64,000 bases of DNA from a bacterium (GTDB lineage Bacteria > Patescibacteriota > Minisyncoccia > UBA6257 > GWB1-50-10): assembly GCA_021801565.1 (NCBI GenBank), contig JAJYXV010000015.1:23839-87838 (forward strand), in the 5' to 3' direction. The notes under the pieces were generated by a model. The model worked only from the letters and a program-made list of their open reading frames with translations. It did no database searches and was not told the DNA's origin. This document shows positions 29,338-40,740 of the stretch, one piece after another. The position numbers and the translations under genes were made by a program. The stretch's first letter is position 1. Every line of letters starts with the position of its first letter.

Positions 29338-30000
29338 ATGACCCGTCTAAAAGATAGAGAAAAAGCAATTAAATTACGAAAACAAGGAAAAAGTTACAGC
29401 CAGATAAAAACAATTATTGGCGTGAATAAGGGGACATTAAGTTATTGGCTAAAAGATTTTCCACTTGAAGAAAAACGACTTCGAGAATTGCGAGACTGGA
29501 ATCAAGTGCGTATTGAACACTATCGAAAAACAAGAACTCTAAAAAGAGAAAATATATAAAAAGAAATATATAAAAAACAAAAGAGCGCTATATTTCCACT
29601 CTCTAAAAGAGATCTTTTTATTGCCGGTCTTTTCTTATACTGGGGCGAGGGCTCAAAAACAAGATTTTCAGAACTCGCTGTTGCCAACACGGATCCTTCA
29701 GTGCCAAAATTTTTTATTTATTGGGTCACCGTTTTTTTGGGTATAGAAAAGTCAAAAATAAAAATACACCTTCATCTCTATAGTGATATGAATATAGAAA
29801 ATGAAACGACATTCTGGTCTGAAACATTGAAAATCCAAAAAAAACAATTTATGAAGCCTTATATAAAAGATTCTTTGTTTAAAAAGATTAATCGCGGATC
29901 ATTCGGTCATGGTACTTGCACGATAAGAGTTGGAAATGCTAAAGTTGCTAAAGAAACCTTAATGGGATTAAGGGTGATTCAAGATCATTTCGGCCCGTAG
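29338..30000 (+). pseudogene. HTH plus LAGLIDADG-like protein with one in-frame TAA (29557-29559); its stop overlaps tRNA-Ile
   Basis: The two ORFs are in the same frame: LRKQGKSYSQI HTH, then GLFLYWGEGSK...NTDP...FWS...GTC. Confidence 0.7.
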
Positions 30001-30062
30001 CTCAGTGGTAGAGCAACGCCCTTATAAGACGTGGGTCGCAGGTCCGATCCCTGCCGGGCCGA
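29991..30062 (+). tRNA. tRNA-Ile(TAT)
   Basis: CGGCCCG/CGGGCCG acceptor stem, loop CTTATAA (anticodon TAT), one anticodon-stem mismatch, T-loop variant GTCCGA. Confidence 0.82.
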
Positions 30063-30065
30063 CAA

Positions 30066-30093
30066 AAAAAATCAGCACAATGTGCTGATTTTT
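30066..30093. terminator. Bidirectional terminator
   Basis: aaaaatcagcac-aat-gtgctgattttt. Confidence 0.7.
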
Positions 30094-30107
30094 TAGTTTT
30101 ATAGATA

Positions 30108-31949
30108 TCATTTCATTACTATCTGTTTTATTCCCGATGCTTTAATAATTTCGTTAAATTCTTCCTGTTCAATCGTTTCGTTTTCCATAAGTTTCCGTGC
30201 GATAATATCAAGTGTGTCTTTATTTGTAGTGATAATTTTCTTTGCTGTTTCAAGTGACTTTTTCATAATCACATTCATTTCGGAATCAATCATCTCTCCC
30301 GTTTTTTCCGAATAATCTTTTTCCGAAGAAATCTCGCGTCCCAAAAACATAAGTTCATGATTTTTTCCGAGTGTCCGTGGACCAATCACATCGCTCATTC
30401 CATATCGCGTAATTGCTTTATGTGCAAGATCGGTTGCATATTGAATATCGCTCGATGACCCAGTGCTTACATCCTTAAATATAATTGACTCTGCGGCATA
30501 TCCACCAAATGATACCGCGAGATCGGCAAGAAATTGCGCCTTTGTTTTCAATCGTCGTTCTTCGATCGGAAGTTTTAATGTATATCCTCCCGCCATCCCA
30601 CGGCTAATAATCGTCACTTTGTGTACCGGATCACTATCTTTCAGTGTTGCCGCAACAAGTGCGTGTCCCGCTTCGTGATACGCAGTGATTTCTCTTTCTT
30701 TTTGAATCGTCACGCGCGAACGTCGTGCGGGACCAAGTAATACTTTTTCAATTGAATTTAATATGTCGTCCTGCGTCACCTTCTTTCTTCCTGCGCGCGC
30801 AGTTACAATTGCCGCTTCATTTAAAAGGTTTGCAAGATCTGCGCCAGAAAAACCCGGCGTACGAGTTGCCACTACCTTCAAATTCACTGATTCATCAAAT
30901 GGTTTTCCCTTTGCATGAATCTTCAAAATATCCTCACGATCGTGAAGATCGGGCATATCAAGGAGAACGCGCCGATCAAAGCGTCCCGGACGAAGGAGTG
31001 CCTGGTCCAAAATATCGGGACGATTGGTTGCTGCCATCACAATTACATTGGTATCTCGTTCAAATCCATCCATTTCTACAAGTATCTGGTTCAGCGTCTG
31101 TTCGCGCTCGTCGTGTCCGCCCCCAAGTCCCGCTCCGCGTTCACGTCCCACCGCGTCTATTTCGTCGATAAAAATGATTGAAGGAGCTGCCTTTTTTGCG
31201 GTTTGAAATAAATCGCGGACACGTGATGCGCCAACCCCCACAAACATTTCAACAAATTCCGATGCCGAAAGATGAAAGAAGGGGACATTGCTTTCTCCTG
31301 CAACTGCACGAGCGAGAAGTGTTTTTCCGGTTCCCGGAGGACCCATTAAGAGGACTCCGCGAGGAATTTTTGCACCAATATCCAAAAACTTTTTCGGATT
31401 TTTCAAAAAATCCACCACCTCCTCCAACTCTTCTTTTGATTCTTTCAAACCCGCGACATCTTTAAATGTAATTTTGTCTTTATCTTGAGAAAAAAGACAA
31501 ATATTTATTTTTCCAAATGACATTGCTTGAATTGCTCAACCCTTCGCCTGTCAAAAAATAAACCAAAATAAAAAAATCATAAAAAATATTGGGAGAAGCG
31601 TAGGAATTAAAATACCCATCCAATATTTAAATCCGCTCGGATCCTCGACGGTAATATTTACCTTTCTTAGTTTCTCCTTATCAACACCATAATTTGAAAG
31701 TGTTTCTACAATACCGCTCTCGCTTTCTTTTTTTGAGAGCGCGAGAGAATCATCGGTGAGCGTAATCTTTAAATCGTTTCCGCTAATTACGATGTTTTTT
31801 ACTCCATCGGTGTTTACCTTATCTGCAAGTTCGCTCATATTCATAGTCTTCGGTGGTGTTCCTTCCATTTCAAAAAGAAATGAAAAAATAACCGTGACAA
31901 ATAAGAGAAGTGTAATCGCAAAAATAAGATTTTTACTTAAATTTTTCAT
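30108..31949 (-). CDS. ftsH: ATP-dependent zinc metalloprotease FtsH interrupted by two in-frame TGA codons
   Basis: The TM/periplasmic ORF and the AAA-protease ORF ([17 protein letters not shown]) are in frame, with TGA at 31551-31553 and 31536-31538. Confidence 0.9.
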
Positions 31950-32039
31950 ATGTTTTCCACTATCATAACGCATTGGCGTTTTTCTGTAAAATGGAAATAA
32001 AAAAAGCCATACGTGGTATGGCCTTCAAGTTTAATATAA

Positions 32040-32315
32040 CTATTTTTCTGTTTTAATCTTAATAAAATATTTTATCCTCTCTGATACCGAATCAAAATCA
32101 AACTCCGATTCCGGCTTAAAATCAATTGAGGCCTCTTTTCCGTTCGGCAATGTTATTCTTGCTGTAATCACTTTTGGTCCATTTTTTCTCATGGACGTAC
32201 ATTGCGCCGAAAATAAACTTATTTCCTCCCGCTTTTTAAATTTTTGGAGTACACTATTTACCGTCCCCTGGAGGGAATCGATTTTTTTCTGGAAATTTTT
32301 TCCGTAAATTACCAA
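32040..32315 (-). CDS. Hypothetical protein
   Basis: 91-aa ORF with AAGGAG upstream. Confidence 0.5.
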   Translation of the reverse strand: MVIYGKNFQKKIDSLQGTVNSVLQKFKKREEISLFSAQCTSMRKNGPKVITARITLPNGKEASIDFKPESEFDFDSVSERIKYFIKIKTEK

Positions 32316-32457
32316 GATATTTCTCCTTATAAAAATGAATATTCAGTTAAATTGCCAATACGTACAATAAAACAAAATAAAAATATTGCAAGTACTCCTA
32401 AATTATCGATGATAAAGAGTATAAAAACCCCCGACAGCTGTCAGGGGCTCTACCGCC

Positions 32458-33543
32458 TTATGACTTCAATTTCAAAAGAATCTTTCTTTCATTTGGAACC
32501 AAACTTTCTATAGTAAACGAATATTCCTTTCCAATATTCAACTGTTTTTTCATCTCCTCAACGCCCCCAAACGAAGCAACGTGTATCTGACCCTGTATTT
32601 CTCCATCAAGATTCACAATTGCTCCAAACGGATGAAAACTATGTACAATTCCGGAAATTTCTTGCCCTTCTTTGTATTTTTCTCCCACGTTTATCCACGG
32701 ATCAACACGAAGTGCGCGAAGTGATAATGAAATTTTTCCATCCCTAATATCAGTAATTTTTGCTTTTACCGCATCATCAATTTTTACAACTTCTTTTGGA
32801 TTTTCAACAATACGATACCCGAGCTCGGATACATGAATAAGTCCCTCAAGCGCCGGATTGTCAGTAAATCGGACAAACACACCAAAATCAGCAACGCCGG
32901 ATACTACACCCTCAATAATCTGGCCCACTTGATAATTTTGTACCAATTCTTTTGTGCTTACCTCGGTCGCTGCTTTTTCAGAGACAATGAGTTTATTTGT
33001 GCGAGGGTTCACATCAATAATACGCACCTCAACTTCTTTTCCTACCAACTCTTGAAGCACTTTTTCTATTTCTTCTTTATTATTTATCGTTCTTCCTTCA
33101 AGACCATTTCCCAATTGCGAAACAGGTAAAAACGCCGGAAGCCCACGAAGTTCGCCAAGTAATCCTCCTTTATTAAAGGTGGTGAGCTTCACTTTTACTA
33201 TCTCTTCTTGATCTCTTAAATCTTGCACTTCTTCCCATGCTTTTTGTTTATCGGCTTGAGTAAGAGAAAGCTCAATATATCCATCCTCATTATCAATCTG
33301 CACCACTTTTGCACCAATCACATCTCCTGGTTTCAAACTTTTTACCACATCGCGTGCATTCTGAAGTTCCCCGCGATACACCGCCCCCACACCGTTAGCA
33401 CCTAAGTCAATAGTCATCATGCGCACTCCTTTTTCAATAATGGTGCCTTGCACCAAATCTCCGACACGAAGCAAATTTAATGCTCCGAATTCTGATTTTA
33501 CAAAATCGTTTGGCATACGATCTTCTTGTTTTATTGCATTCAT
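32458..33543 (-). CDS. rpsA: S1 RNA-binding domain protein (30S ribosomal protein S1-like, four S1 repeats)
   Basis: Repeated S1 motifs: AFLPVSQL, FGVFV, EGLIHVSEL, FGAIV. Confidence 0.85.
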   Translation of the reverse strand: MNAIKQEDRMPNDFVKSEFGALNLLRVGDLVQGTIIEKGVRMMTIDLGANGVGAVYRGELQNARDVVKSLKPGDVIGAKVVQIDNEDGYIELSLTQADKQKAWEEVQDLRDQEEIVKVKLTTFNKGGLLGELRGLPAFLPVSQLGNGLEGRTINNKEEIEKVLQELVGKEVEVRIIDVNPRTNKLIVSEKAATEVSTKELVQNYQVGQIIEGVVSGVADFGVFVRFTDNPALEGLIHVSELGYRIVENPKEVVKIDDAVKAKITDIRDGKISLSLRALRVDPWINVGEKYKEGQEISGIVHSFHPFGAIVNLDGEIQGQIHVASFGGVEEMKKQLNIGKEYSFTIESLVPNERKILLKLKS

Positions 33544-33699
33544 AAACAAATTACGTATTTACTAAGATATGAGAAAAAGTAGGCAGTGTCAACCCCGCAG
33601 TAAAAATTCAACTGAAATTCGATGGGATAACTGTATTAATTGAAAAGAGATTGTTTTTGGCATAAAATATACTGGTAACAATGCGTGCGCTTATTTTTT

Positions 33700-34275
33700 A
33701 TGATTATTACATATCAAGGAGATAATTATTTTAGAATCCAATCGGGGGAACTTACGGTATTGGTCGACCCGACAAATGGACGTTCATTTCGCGGCGCGAC
33801 CGTCGCAATAAATACAGTTCTTCCGTCATCAACCGATGCCCCAAAGGAAAATGAGTGTTTTTGGATTGAACATCAGGGAGAATATGAAGTACGGGGAATT
33901 CGTGTTGACGGGTGGAGTGCGGGAAATGAAGATGAAACAGAAAAAACAATCTATAAAATCTTATTTGAGGATATCTCAATTGTAGTCCTTGGACACCTTT
34001 CAAAAGAACCGCCACAAAATATTTTGGAATATCTCGAACACCCCGACGTACTTATTGTCCCTGCGGGAGGAAAACCATGGATCTCCCAGGCAACGGCCGC
34101 AAAATTTATCCGCCAAACAGAACCAAGTATTGTCATCCCGTCGCTCACCTCAGATCCGAAGTTATTTCTTAAGGAACTGAACCAAACACCATCTCCAAAA
34201 GAAGAAAAGTTTGTATTCAAAAAAAAGGACCTTACTCCCGGCGCAATGACAATAAAATGCCTCGAGGTAAAATAA
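33700..34275 (+). CDS. MBL-fold metallo-hydrolase-like protein (degenerate)
   Basis: GEYEVRG, LGHL, DVLIVPAGG, EPSIVIP; canonical HxHxDH absent. Confidence 0.75.
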   Translation: MIITYQGDNYFRIQSGELTVLVDPTNGRSFRGATVAINTVLPSSTDAPKENECFWIEHQGEYEVRGIRVDGWSAGNEDETEKTIYKILFEDISIVVLGHLSKEPPQNILEYLEHPDVLIVPAGGKPWISQATAAKFIRQTEPSIVIPSLTSDPKLFLKELNQTPSPKEEKFVFKKKDLTPGAMTIKCLEVK

Positions 34276-34284
34276 ATAAAATTC

Positions 34285-34722
34285 ATGCCAGTTACGTTCT
34301 ATCATAATGTGAAAAAATTCATAAGAGACGTGCAACGATCCGATGTGGCGAGGAGAAAAAAATGGTTTATCGGCGGATCTTTTATCTCCGTACTTTTTAT
34401 CCTCATTCTTTGGGTGATATATGTGAATATTGGATTTCCAGCAGTTGAGCCATCAATACCAGCGATAGAAAAAAATATTCAAACACAAACAGAGCAAAAC
34501 AGTGCGGACGAATCAATGTTTCAAATATTTGAGAGGGGAATAAAAAACATTTCAAATGATTTTAAAAAACAATATGATGTATTTAAAGAACATATAGAAA
34601 AGGGGATTGGTTCATTGAGGAGCGGATTGGAAAGAAAAAACACGATGTATATCCAAGGAGCTCGACTCAATTTTGTTCTCGACGGACTTGATCCTATTCC
34701 TTCCACTCATCTCCCACAATAA
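34285..34722 (+). CDS. Hypothetical single-TM protein
   Basis: ORF packed in an operon between the MBL gene and gyrA. Confidence 0.65.
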   Translation: MPVTFYHNVKKFIRDVQRSDVARRKKWFIGGSFISVLFILILWVIYVNIGFPAVEPSIPAIEKNIQTQTEQNSADESMFQIFERGIKNISNDFKKQYDVFKEHIEKGIGSLRSGLERKNTMYIQGARLNFVLDGLDPIPSTHLPQ

Positions 34723-34724
34723 CT

Positions 34725-37184
34725 ATGGAAAAAGAAAAACCAAAACAAATACAACGAACAGAAGATCGTGAAATCACTGATGAATTAAAAGATTCATATA
34801 TTAGTTATGCAATGTCGGTGATTGTTTCGCGCGCACTTCCCGATATTCGCGACGGATTGAAACCGGTGCAACGGAGAATTTTGTGGTCTATGTGGGAATC
34901 GGGTCTTACTGCATCAGCAAAATTCAGAAAATCAGCGAACGTGGTCGGAGGAGTAATGGCGCACTATCATCCTCACGGTGATATGTCTATTTATGATGCG
35001 CTTGCCCGTATGGCACAAGACTTTTCGCTCCGTTATCCGCTCATCAATGGACAAGGAAACTGGGGATCTGTGGACGGAGATGCGCCCGCAGCAATGCGTT
35101 ACACCGAGGCAAAACTATCAAAAATTGCAGAAGAACTTTTAAACGATATTGAAAAGGAAACTGTTGATTGGGGGGGGAATTATGACAACTCAAAACTCGA
35201 ACCGAATTATCTTCCCGCAAAACTTCCACATCTTCTCTTAAATGGAACAATGGGAATCGCAGTCGGAATGGCAACGAGTATCCCCCCACATAATCTCGGT
35301 GAACTTGCCGATGGCATTATGTATCTTGCCGAAAATCCAGATACGGACGTAAAAGAACTTATGAAGTTTATTCCGGGACCGGATTTTCCCACCGGAGGAA
35401 TTATTTATGACCACAGAGCAATTGAAGAAGCATATGCAACAGGAAAGGGGGCTGTAACCATGCGCGGGGTTGCACAGGTTGAAGAACGAAAAGGCGGGAG
35501 TTTTCAAATTGTCATCACTGAAATTCCCTACCAGACGAATAAAGCAACGCTGGTGACAAAAATTGCTGAACTCGTCCAAGAAAAACGCATTGAGGGCATC
35601 CGTGATCTTCGCGACGAATCAGATAGAGACGGTCTTCGTGTAGTGATCGATTTAAAACAAGACAGCTCACCACAAAAAATATTAAACCAGCTCTATCAGT
35701 ACACGGAACTCCAAAAGAATTTTTATTTCAATGTGCTTGCACTCACTAATGATCTTCGTCCAGAAATTCTCTCATTGAAAGACATTCTTTCCGCATATCT
35801 TGACCATCGAAAGATTGTGGTTCGACGGAGAACTGAATTTGATCTAAAAAAAGCAGAAGAACGCGCACATATTCTTGAAGGACTCGTAAAAGCACTTGAT
35901 GTTATTGATAAAATTATTTCAATAATTAAAAGGTCAAAAGATAAAGAAGATGCGGCGGCAAATCTGATAAAAAACTTCAAACTCACCCCTACGCAGGTGC
36001 AGGCAATTCTTGAGATGAGGTTACAAACACTTGCGGCGCTTGAACGACACAAACTTGAAATAGAGCTTGCTGAAAAAAAGAAACTTATTGCAGAGTTGCA
36101 AACGATCTTAAAAAATCCGAAAAAAATCATTGACGTAATTCACAAGGAACTTGAGGAGATAAAGAAAAATTTTTCTGACGACCGGAGGACGAAAATAGTG
36201 GTGTCAAGCCTTAAGGAATTCCGAGAAGAAGATCTTATTCCAAACGAAGACGCGATTATTACTTTAAGCCGCGATGGGTACATCAAGCGTATGCCACCCA
36301 CAAATTTCAAATCACAGAAACGTGGGGGAAAGGGACTTATTGGATTTGAATTAAAAGAGGAAGATCTTATTGAAACATTCATTTCAACAAACACACACGA
36401 CAACATCCTTTTCTTCACAAACCGCGGAAAAATGTTTCAAACAAAAGTATATGAGATTCCTGTTGCGCAACGTACGGGGAAAGGGAAATCGATTTATAAC
36501 TACCTTGAAATTCCTGCGACTGAAAAGGTAAGTGCTATTGTCTCATACCCCGATTCTGATGCAAAAGACAAAGATAAGTGTCTGGTTATGATTACAAAAG
36601 AGGGAAATATAAAAAAGACACAACTTAAAGAATTTGAAAATGTAAGGCGAAGCGGAATCATCGCAATTAAACTCAAAGAAGGGGATGACTTAAAGTGGGT
36701 GAATGTTTCTTCTGGAAGTGACGAAATTATTCTCTCGACCGCGCTTGGGCAAGCAATACGCTTCAAAGAAAAAGATGTAAGACAAATGGGAAGAACTGCT
36801 GCGGGTGTGCGTGCAATTCACTTAAAGAAAAGTGATGAGATTGCGGGACTTGATATAATAAGGGGAGGAAAAGATATAAAAAACCTGAAATTGCTTTCTG
36901 TATTGGGTAATGGATTTGCAAAACAAACTCCGATCAAAGAATATAAACTACAAAAACGTGGGGGGTCGGGAATAAAAACAGCAAAGGTTACCGAAAAAAC
37001 AGGAAAAGTAATTGCAACACGTGCAATTAATGATGAAATCGAAGAGGTAATTGCATTTTCAAAAAAGGGGCAAGCGCTTAAAACAAAACTAAAAGACATT
37101 CGCATCGCAAGCAGAGCAACACAGGGAGTGCGTATTATGGATCTCGAAAAAGGGGATGAACTCATCGGGGTGGTATGTCTTTAA
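34725..37184 (+). CDS. gyrA: DNA gyrase subunit A
   Basis: [22 protein letters not shown], GyrA-box QKRGGKG. Confidence 0.98.
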   Translation: MEKEKPKQIQRTEDREITDELKDSYISYAMSVIVSRALPDIRDGLKPVQRRILWSMWESGLTASAKFRKSANVVGGVMAHYHPHGDMSIYDALARMAQDFSLRYPLINGQGNWGSVDGDAPAAMRYTEAKLSKIAEELLNDIEKETVDWGGNYDNSKLEPNYLPAKLPHLLLNGTMGIAVGMATSIPPHNLGELADGIMYLAENPDTDVKELMKFIPGPDFPTGGIIYDHRAIEEAYATGKGAVTMRGVAQVEERKGGSFQIVITEIPYQTNKATLVTKIAELVQEKRIEGIRDLRDESDRDGLRVVIDLKQDSSPQKILNQLYQYTELQKNFYFNVLALTNDLRPEILSLKDILSAYLDHRKIVVRRRTEFDLKKAEERAHILEGLVKALDVIDKIISIIKRSKDKEDAAANLIKNFKLTPTQVQAILEMRLQTLAALERHKLEIELAEKKKLIAELQTILKNPKKIIDVIHKELEEIKKNFSDDRRTKIVVSSLKEFREEDLIPNEDAIITLSRDGYIKRMPPTNFKSQKRGGKGLIGFELKEEDLIETFISTNTHDNILFFTNRGKMFQTKVYEIPVAQRTGKGKSIYNYLEIPATEKVSAIVSYPDSDAKDKDKCLVMITKEGNIKKTQLKEFENVRRSGIIAIKLKEGDDLKWVNVSSGSDEIILSTALGQAIRFKEKDVRQMGRTAAGVRAIHLKKSDEIAGLDIIRGGKDIKNLKLLSVLGNGFAKQTPIKEYKLQKRGGSGIKTAKVTEKTGKVIATRAINDEIEEVIAFSKKGQALKTKLKDIRIASRATQGVRIMDLEKGDELIGVVCL

Positions 37185-37209
37185 GGATAAAAAGACATTA
37201 AAAAATGAA

Positions 37210-37326
37210 TCCTGTTAGAAATCGCGATCACAAAAATATATCTAACTTAATGTATATAAATATTAGTCGAACAATAATTATCAATCGTAGACCGTGTCGT
37301 TTATTCGCGGTCTATTTCTAACGGGA
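37210..37326. mobile_element. 117-bp MITE-like element with TGAA target duplication at a start codon
   Basis: TGAA[tcctgttaga...tctaacggga]TGAA. Confidence 0.72.
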
Positions 37327-38639
37327 TGAATATTTCAAAACCACAATTTATTATTTTCGCAGTGATTGCTGTGGTTATTCTTGTAATTACCCTTATGGTT
37401 TCCTGTGTTATTCCTGGAATGCAACGATGTGCAAACCCAGGACTCCAAATTGAGGGTACGCTTGATTTTTGGGGAATAGGAGATGACCAAAGTGCATATG
37501 AACCAATTATTACCAACTTCAAAAAACTTTATCCAAAAGTGGAAATAAAATATCGCGGATTCAATACACAAACCGAATATGACCATGCGCTTCTTGAATC
37601 AATGGCACAAGGAAAGGGTCCCGATATATTTATGGTGTTAAATAGTGCTGTTCCAAACAATACGGGAAAAATGTTGCCAATGCCCCAAACACTTATTCCA
37701 TTTGCTCAACTCCAATCCCTTTTTCCAAAGGTAGTGGAACAGGATTTCTTTCCACAACAAACCATATACGGACTTCCACTTTCTATTGATACGCTTGCGC
37801 TTATTTACAATAGAAATTTTATTGATCAAGCCGCGATACAAATACCAAAAACATGGGAGGAATTTCAGGATGTGGTAAAAAAACTTACGATTGTTGACCG
37901 ATCAAAAAAAATTATTCGGGCGGGAGCAGCAATTGGGGGGTCAGCAAAAAATATTTCTACCGCGCCAGATATATTAAGCCTCCTTATGCTTCAAACTGGA
38001 ACAAAAATGATTTCGGATGATTTTCAATCGGCAACATTTGCATCTCCCGAAGGGAAGGACGCGCTCCGTTTTTATACCCAATTCTCAAATGGGACAAGTG
38101 ATACATATACATGGAACGAAACAATGCCGAATGATCTCGACGCATTTGGACAAGAAAATGTTGCAATGATTTTTAATTATGCAAGCGCTCTCCCAGAAAT
38201 ACAAAAACGTAATGCGTTCATCGATTATAAAATTGCACCAATACCACAACCCGCATCGGCAGAAAATCATTCAATTTCGTATCCAAAATACTGGGGGTAT
38301 GCTGTATCGCGACAAAGCAAGACTCCCGATGTTGCTTGGCAATTTGTTCTCTTTATGACCACCGATGAACCCTCGGTAAGGTCTTATCTTACAAAAACAA
38401 AAAAATCTCCAGCACTCGACAATCTTATCCGAAGCGAATATATAAACAATCCGGAACTCGGAGTATTTGCGAGACAAGCGCTTATTGCCCGTTCATGGCC
38501 ACAAATTAATAACATTGCAGTCAATACTATTTTTTCCGACATGATTGAATCTGTTGTTACCAATCAAAGCACTGTTGAATCGGCAATTAATAGGGCACAG
38601 GAAGAGGTGTCACAACTCATGGGCCAGCGGGCATTTTAG
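37326..38639 (+). CDS. Extracellular solute-binding protein (sugar ABC type), membrane anchored
   Basis: GPDIF, YGLPLSIDTLALIYN, PKTWEEF, AWQFVLFM. Confidence 0.88.
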   Translation: MNISKPQFIIFAVIAVVILVITLMVSCVIPGMQRCANPGLQIEGTLDFWGIGDDQSAYEPIITNFKKLYPKVEIKYRGFNTQTEYDHALLESMAQGKGPDIFMVLNSAVPNNTGKMLPMPQTLIPFAQLQSLFPKVVEQDFFPQQTIYGLPLSIDTLALIYNRNFIDQAAIQIPKTWEEFQDVVKKLTIVDRSKKIIRAGAAIGGSAKNISTAPDILSLLMLQTGTKMISDDFQSATFASPEGKDALRFYTQFSNGTSDTYTWNETMPNDLDAFGQENVAMIFNYASALPEIQKRNAFIDYKIAPIPQPASAENHSISYPKYWGYAVSRQSKTPDVAWQFVLFMTTDEPSVRSYLTKTKKSPALDNLIRSEYINNPELGVFARQALIARSWPQINNIAVNTIFSDMIESVVTNQSTVESAINRAQEEVSQLMGQRAF

Positions 38640-38760
38640 AAAAAAATTATAAAATAATTAGTTTTTAAGATTAAAAATTTATCTAAGAGGACACACTCAT
38701 GTCTTTTCTAGATGAATTTAATATTGTGGAGATAAATAAAAAGTAGTATATAATAAAAAA

Positions 38761-39567
38761 ATGAGGAAGATAGCCTTTCTTGGTATTTTAATCATCATAA
38801 TAAGTATCTCTCTCCCATATATCGCTTCTGCGAGAACGTTATTTTACATTTGGGAAGGGACAACGTGCACACCGGGAACAGAGGGCCCGACAGAACCTTG
38901 TGGACTTTGTGATGCGCTTGTTGTCGGACGGAACATCATTGAAGACATGTTTAAGGTTGCATTTATACTTGCAACTGTTTTTATTGCCTATGGCGGATTC
39001 AGACTTATGACCGCGGGGGGGAATGAAAAAAGCGTGAGCAGCGCAAAGGAAATTATCGAAAGCGCTCTCATCGGCCTCTTTATCGCGCTCGTAGCTTGGC
39101 TTTTAATCAATACCATTCTCACGACACTTGCCAATGGGAGTGCAAGTGCTCCGTGGAACAACATTGAATGTGGAAGCGGATCTACTTCTGGTCCGCGGGA
39201 AACAATAGGAGGGGGTGGATTTGGAACAAGTACATATACTGGTGGGGGTGGACAGTTCGGTGGGGCTGGTGCAAACGGAAGTTGGACAAATAACAATGCA
39301 AACAATGGATCAACGCAAACACAAATAGATCAAGTTATTAACTCTTCATGCGCACAACAAGCAAGTACGTGCATCGATGAAAATAAAAAAGGATCAAGCG
39401 AAAATCCACAATTGAATATCACGCTTGAGGCCGCATACACGATTTCCTGTACAAAAATTGGCACTGGGTACAATGCGAGCGTGCAATTTAAATGTCTCAC
39501 CCCTGTTATTTCTCCATGGAGAAAATGTGCCGATGGACTCCCAGACCTCACAAAAATCTGTAAATAA
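38761..39567 (+). CDS. TrbC/VirB2-like pilin with Gly/Cys-rich C-terminal extension
   Basis: Signal peptide, AYGGFRLMTAGGNE...AKEII..ALIG...AWLLIN pilin motif. Confidence 0.78.
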   Translation: MRKIAFLGILIIIISISLPYIASARTLFYIWEGTTCTPGTEGPTEPCGLCDALVVGRNIIEDMFKVAFILATVFIAYGGFRLMTAGGNEKSVSSAKEIIESALIGLFIALVAWLLINTILTTLANGSASAPWNNIECGSGSTSGPRETIGGGGFGTSTYTGGGGQFGGAGANGSWTNNNANNGSTQTQIDQVINSSCAQQASTCIDENKKGSSENPQLNITLEAAYTISCTKIGTGYNASVQFKCLTPVISPWRKCADGLPDLTKICK

Positions 39568-39610
39568 ATGTTTATTCTTACAAAATATGTTTTCGTGTTA
39601 AAATAATATT

Positions 39611-39949
39611 ATGGAAAAAATAAAAAATGTTTCGGTCCTGTTTTTCTCTTCTTTGTTATTTTTCGGTGCAAAAATCTCCCACGCAGCAACGATTGGCCTT
39701 CAAAATCCATTGAAGGTAAGTTCAATTCCTGATCTTATTTACGCAGTCATTGATTGGTTTGTAATTGCCGTCGGTCCCGCAATTGCCGTTGTTATGATTA
39801 TTTACGGCGGGTTTCAAATACTTACCGCCGGAGGAGATCCGAAAAAATTTGAGACAGGAAAACAAATAATCCTTTATGCGGTGGTTGGGTATGGTATAAT
39901 TCTTCTTGCAGAAGGAGTGGTGTTAATTATTCAAAAACTTCTTCAGTAA
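39611..39949 (+). CDS. TrbC/VirB2-like pilin
   Basis: LQNPL, IIYGGFQILTAGGDPKK..GKQIILYAVVG. Confidence 0.82.
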   Translation: MEKIKNVSVLFFSSLLFFGAKISHAATIGLQNPLKVSSIPDLIYAVIDWFVIAVGPAIAVVMIIYGGFQILTAGGDPKKFETGKQIILYAVVGYGIILLAEGVVLIIQKLLQ

Positions 39950-40005
39950 GAGATAAGAAAGGTCGATTTTTTATCTAAAACAGTCGTAAAAATTATTTAT
40001 TTATT

Positions 40006-40359
40006 ATGAAATCAATCTTAAAAAAGTGGGGGTTAGTCTCAGCTCTTTCATTGGTTCTTTTGGCTCCAGTTGCGTCAGCCCAATTCGATGTCCCCGGCGA
40101 ACAATTGCCGGCGCCTCGGTTCCAAACATATGGCGGTGCGATACAATTGGTGGAAAAGGCGTCAAGTTGGCTTCTTTATATTGTTATTGCGCTTGCGGTT
40201 ATCTTTATTGTATACGCCGGATTTTTATATCTTACCTCGGGTGGAGATGAGGATAAAACAAAAGCGGCAAAGAACTATATTGTGTATGCAGTGATTGGTA
40301 TCGCAATTGCACTTCTTGCGCGCGGCATTGTACTTCTCGTAAAGAATTTCGTCGGATAA
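40006..40359 (+). CDS. TrbC/VirB2-like pilin
   Basis: IVYAGFLYLTSGGDEDKTKAAKNYIVYAVIG. Confidence 0.85.
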   Translation: MKSILKKWGLVSALSLVLLAPVASAQFDVPGEQLPAPRFQTYGGAIQLVEKASSWLLYIVIALAVIFIVYAGFLYLTSGGDEDKTKAAKNYIVYAVIGIAIALLARGIVLLVKNFVG

Positions 40360-40374
40360 TACGGTTTGTATTCC

Positions 40375-40731
40375 ATGAAAAAAACTACTTGGACAATTCT
40401 TTCATTATTTCTTGCCTCAATTCCAGTGCTTATACACGGACAAACCCCGTCATTATTGGATGCTCCACCCGGATCTATAGTAACAAACAACGGTGCTGAG
40501 GGCGCAATGACACTTCTCCGAAAGGCTGGTGGGTGGTTATACAGCGGCGTAATAGCAATATCGGTAATACTTATGATTTATGGGGGTTTTCTTTATGTAA
40601 CCTCTGGGGGAGATGAAGATAAGGTAAAGAATGGAAAAAATTACATCATTTACGGGGTTGTTGGTATTGCTGTCGCAACACTTGCCACTGGAGTTGTATT
40701 CGTTGTAGGAGAATTCTTGGGGGCAAAATAA
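40375..40731 (+). CDS. TrbC/VirB2-like pilin
   Basis: IYGGFLYVTSGGDEDKVKNGKNYIIYGVVG. Confidence 0.85.
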   Translation: MKKTTWTILSLFLASIPVLIHGQTPSLLDAPPGSIVTNNGAEGAMTLLRKAGGWLYSGVIAISVILMIYGGFLYVTSGGDEDKVKNGKNYIIYGVVGIAVATLATGVVFVVGEFLGAK

Positions 40732-40740
40732 GAAATTCCT

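Noticed and set aside
31536-31553. TGA read as Gly (genetic code 25)
   Set aside because: TGA terminates intact genes here (comM, ftsH itself, the traC-like gene), other long genes have no internal TGA, and one of the two sites is expected to be Arg.
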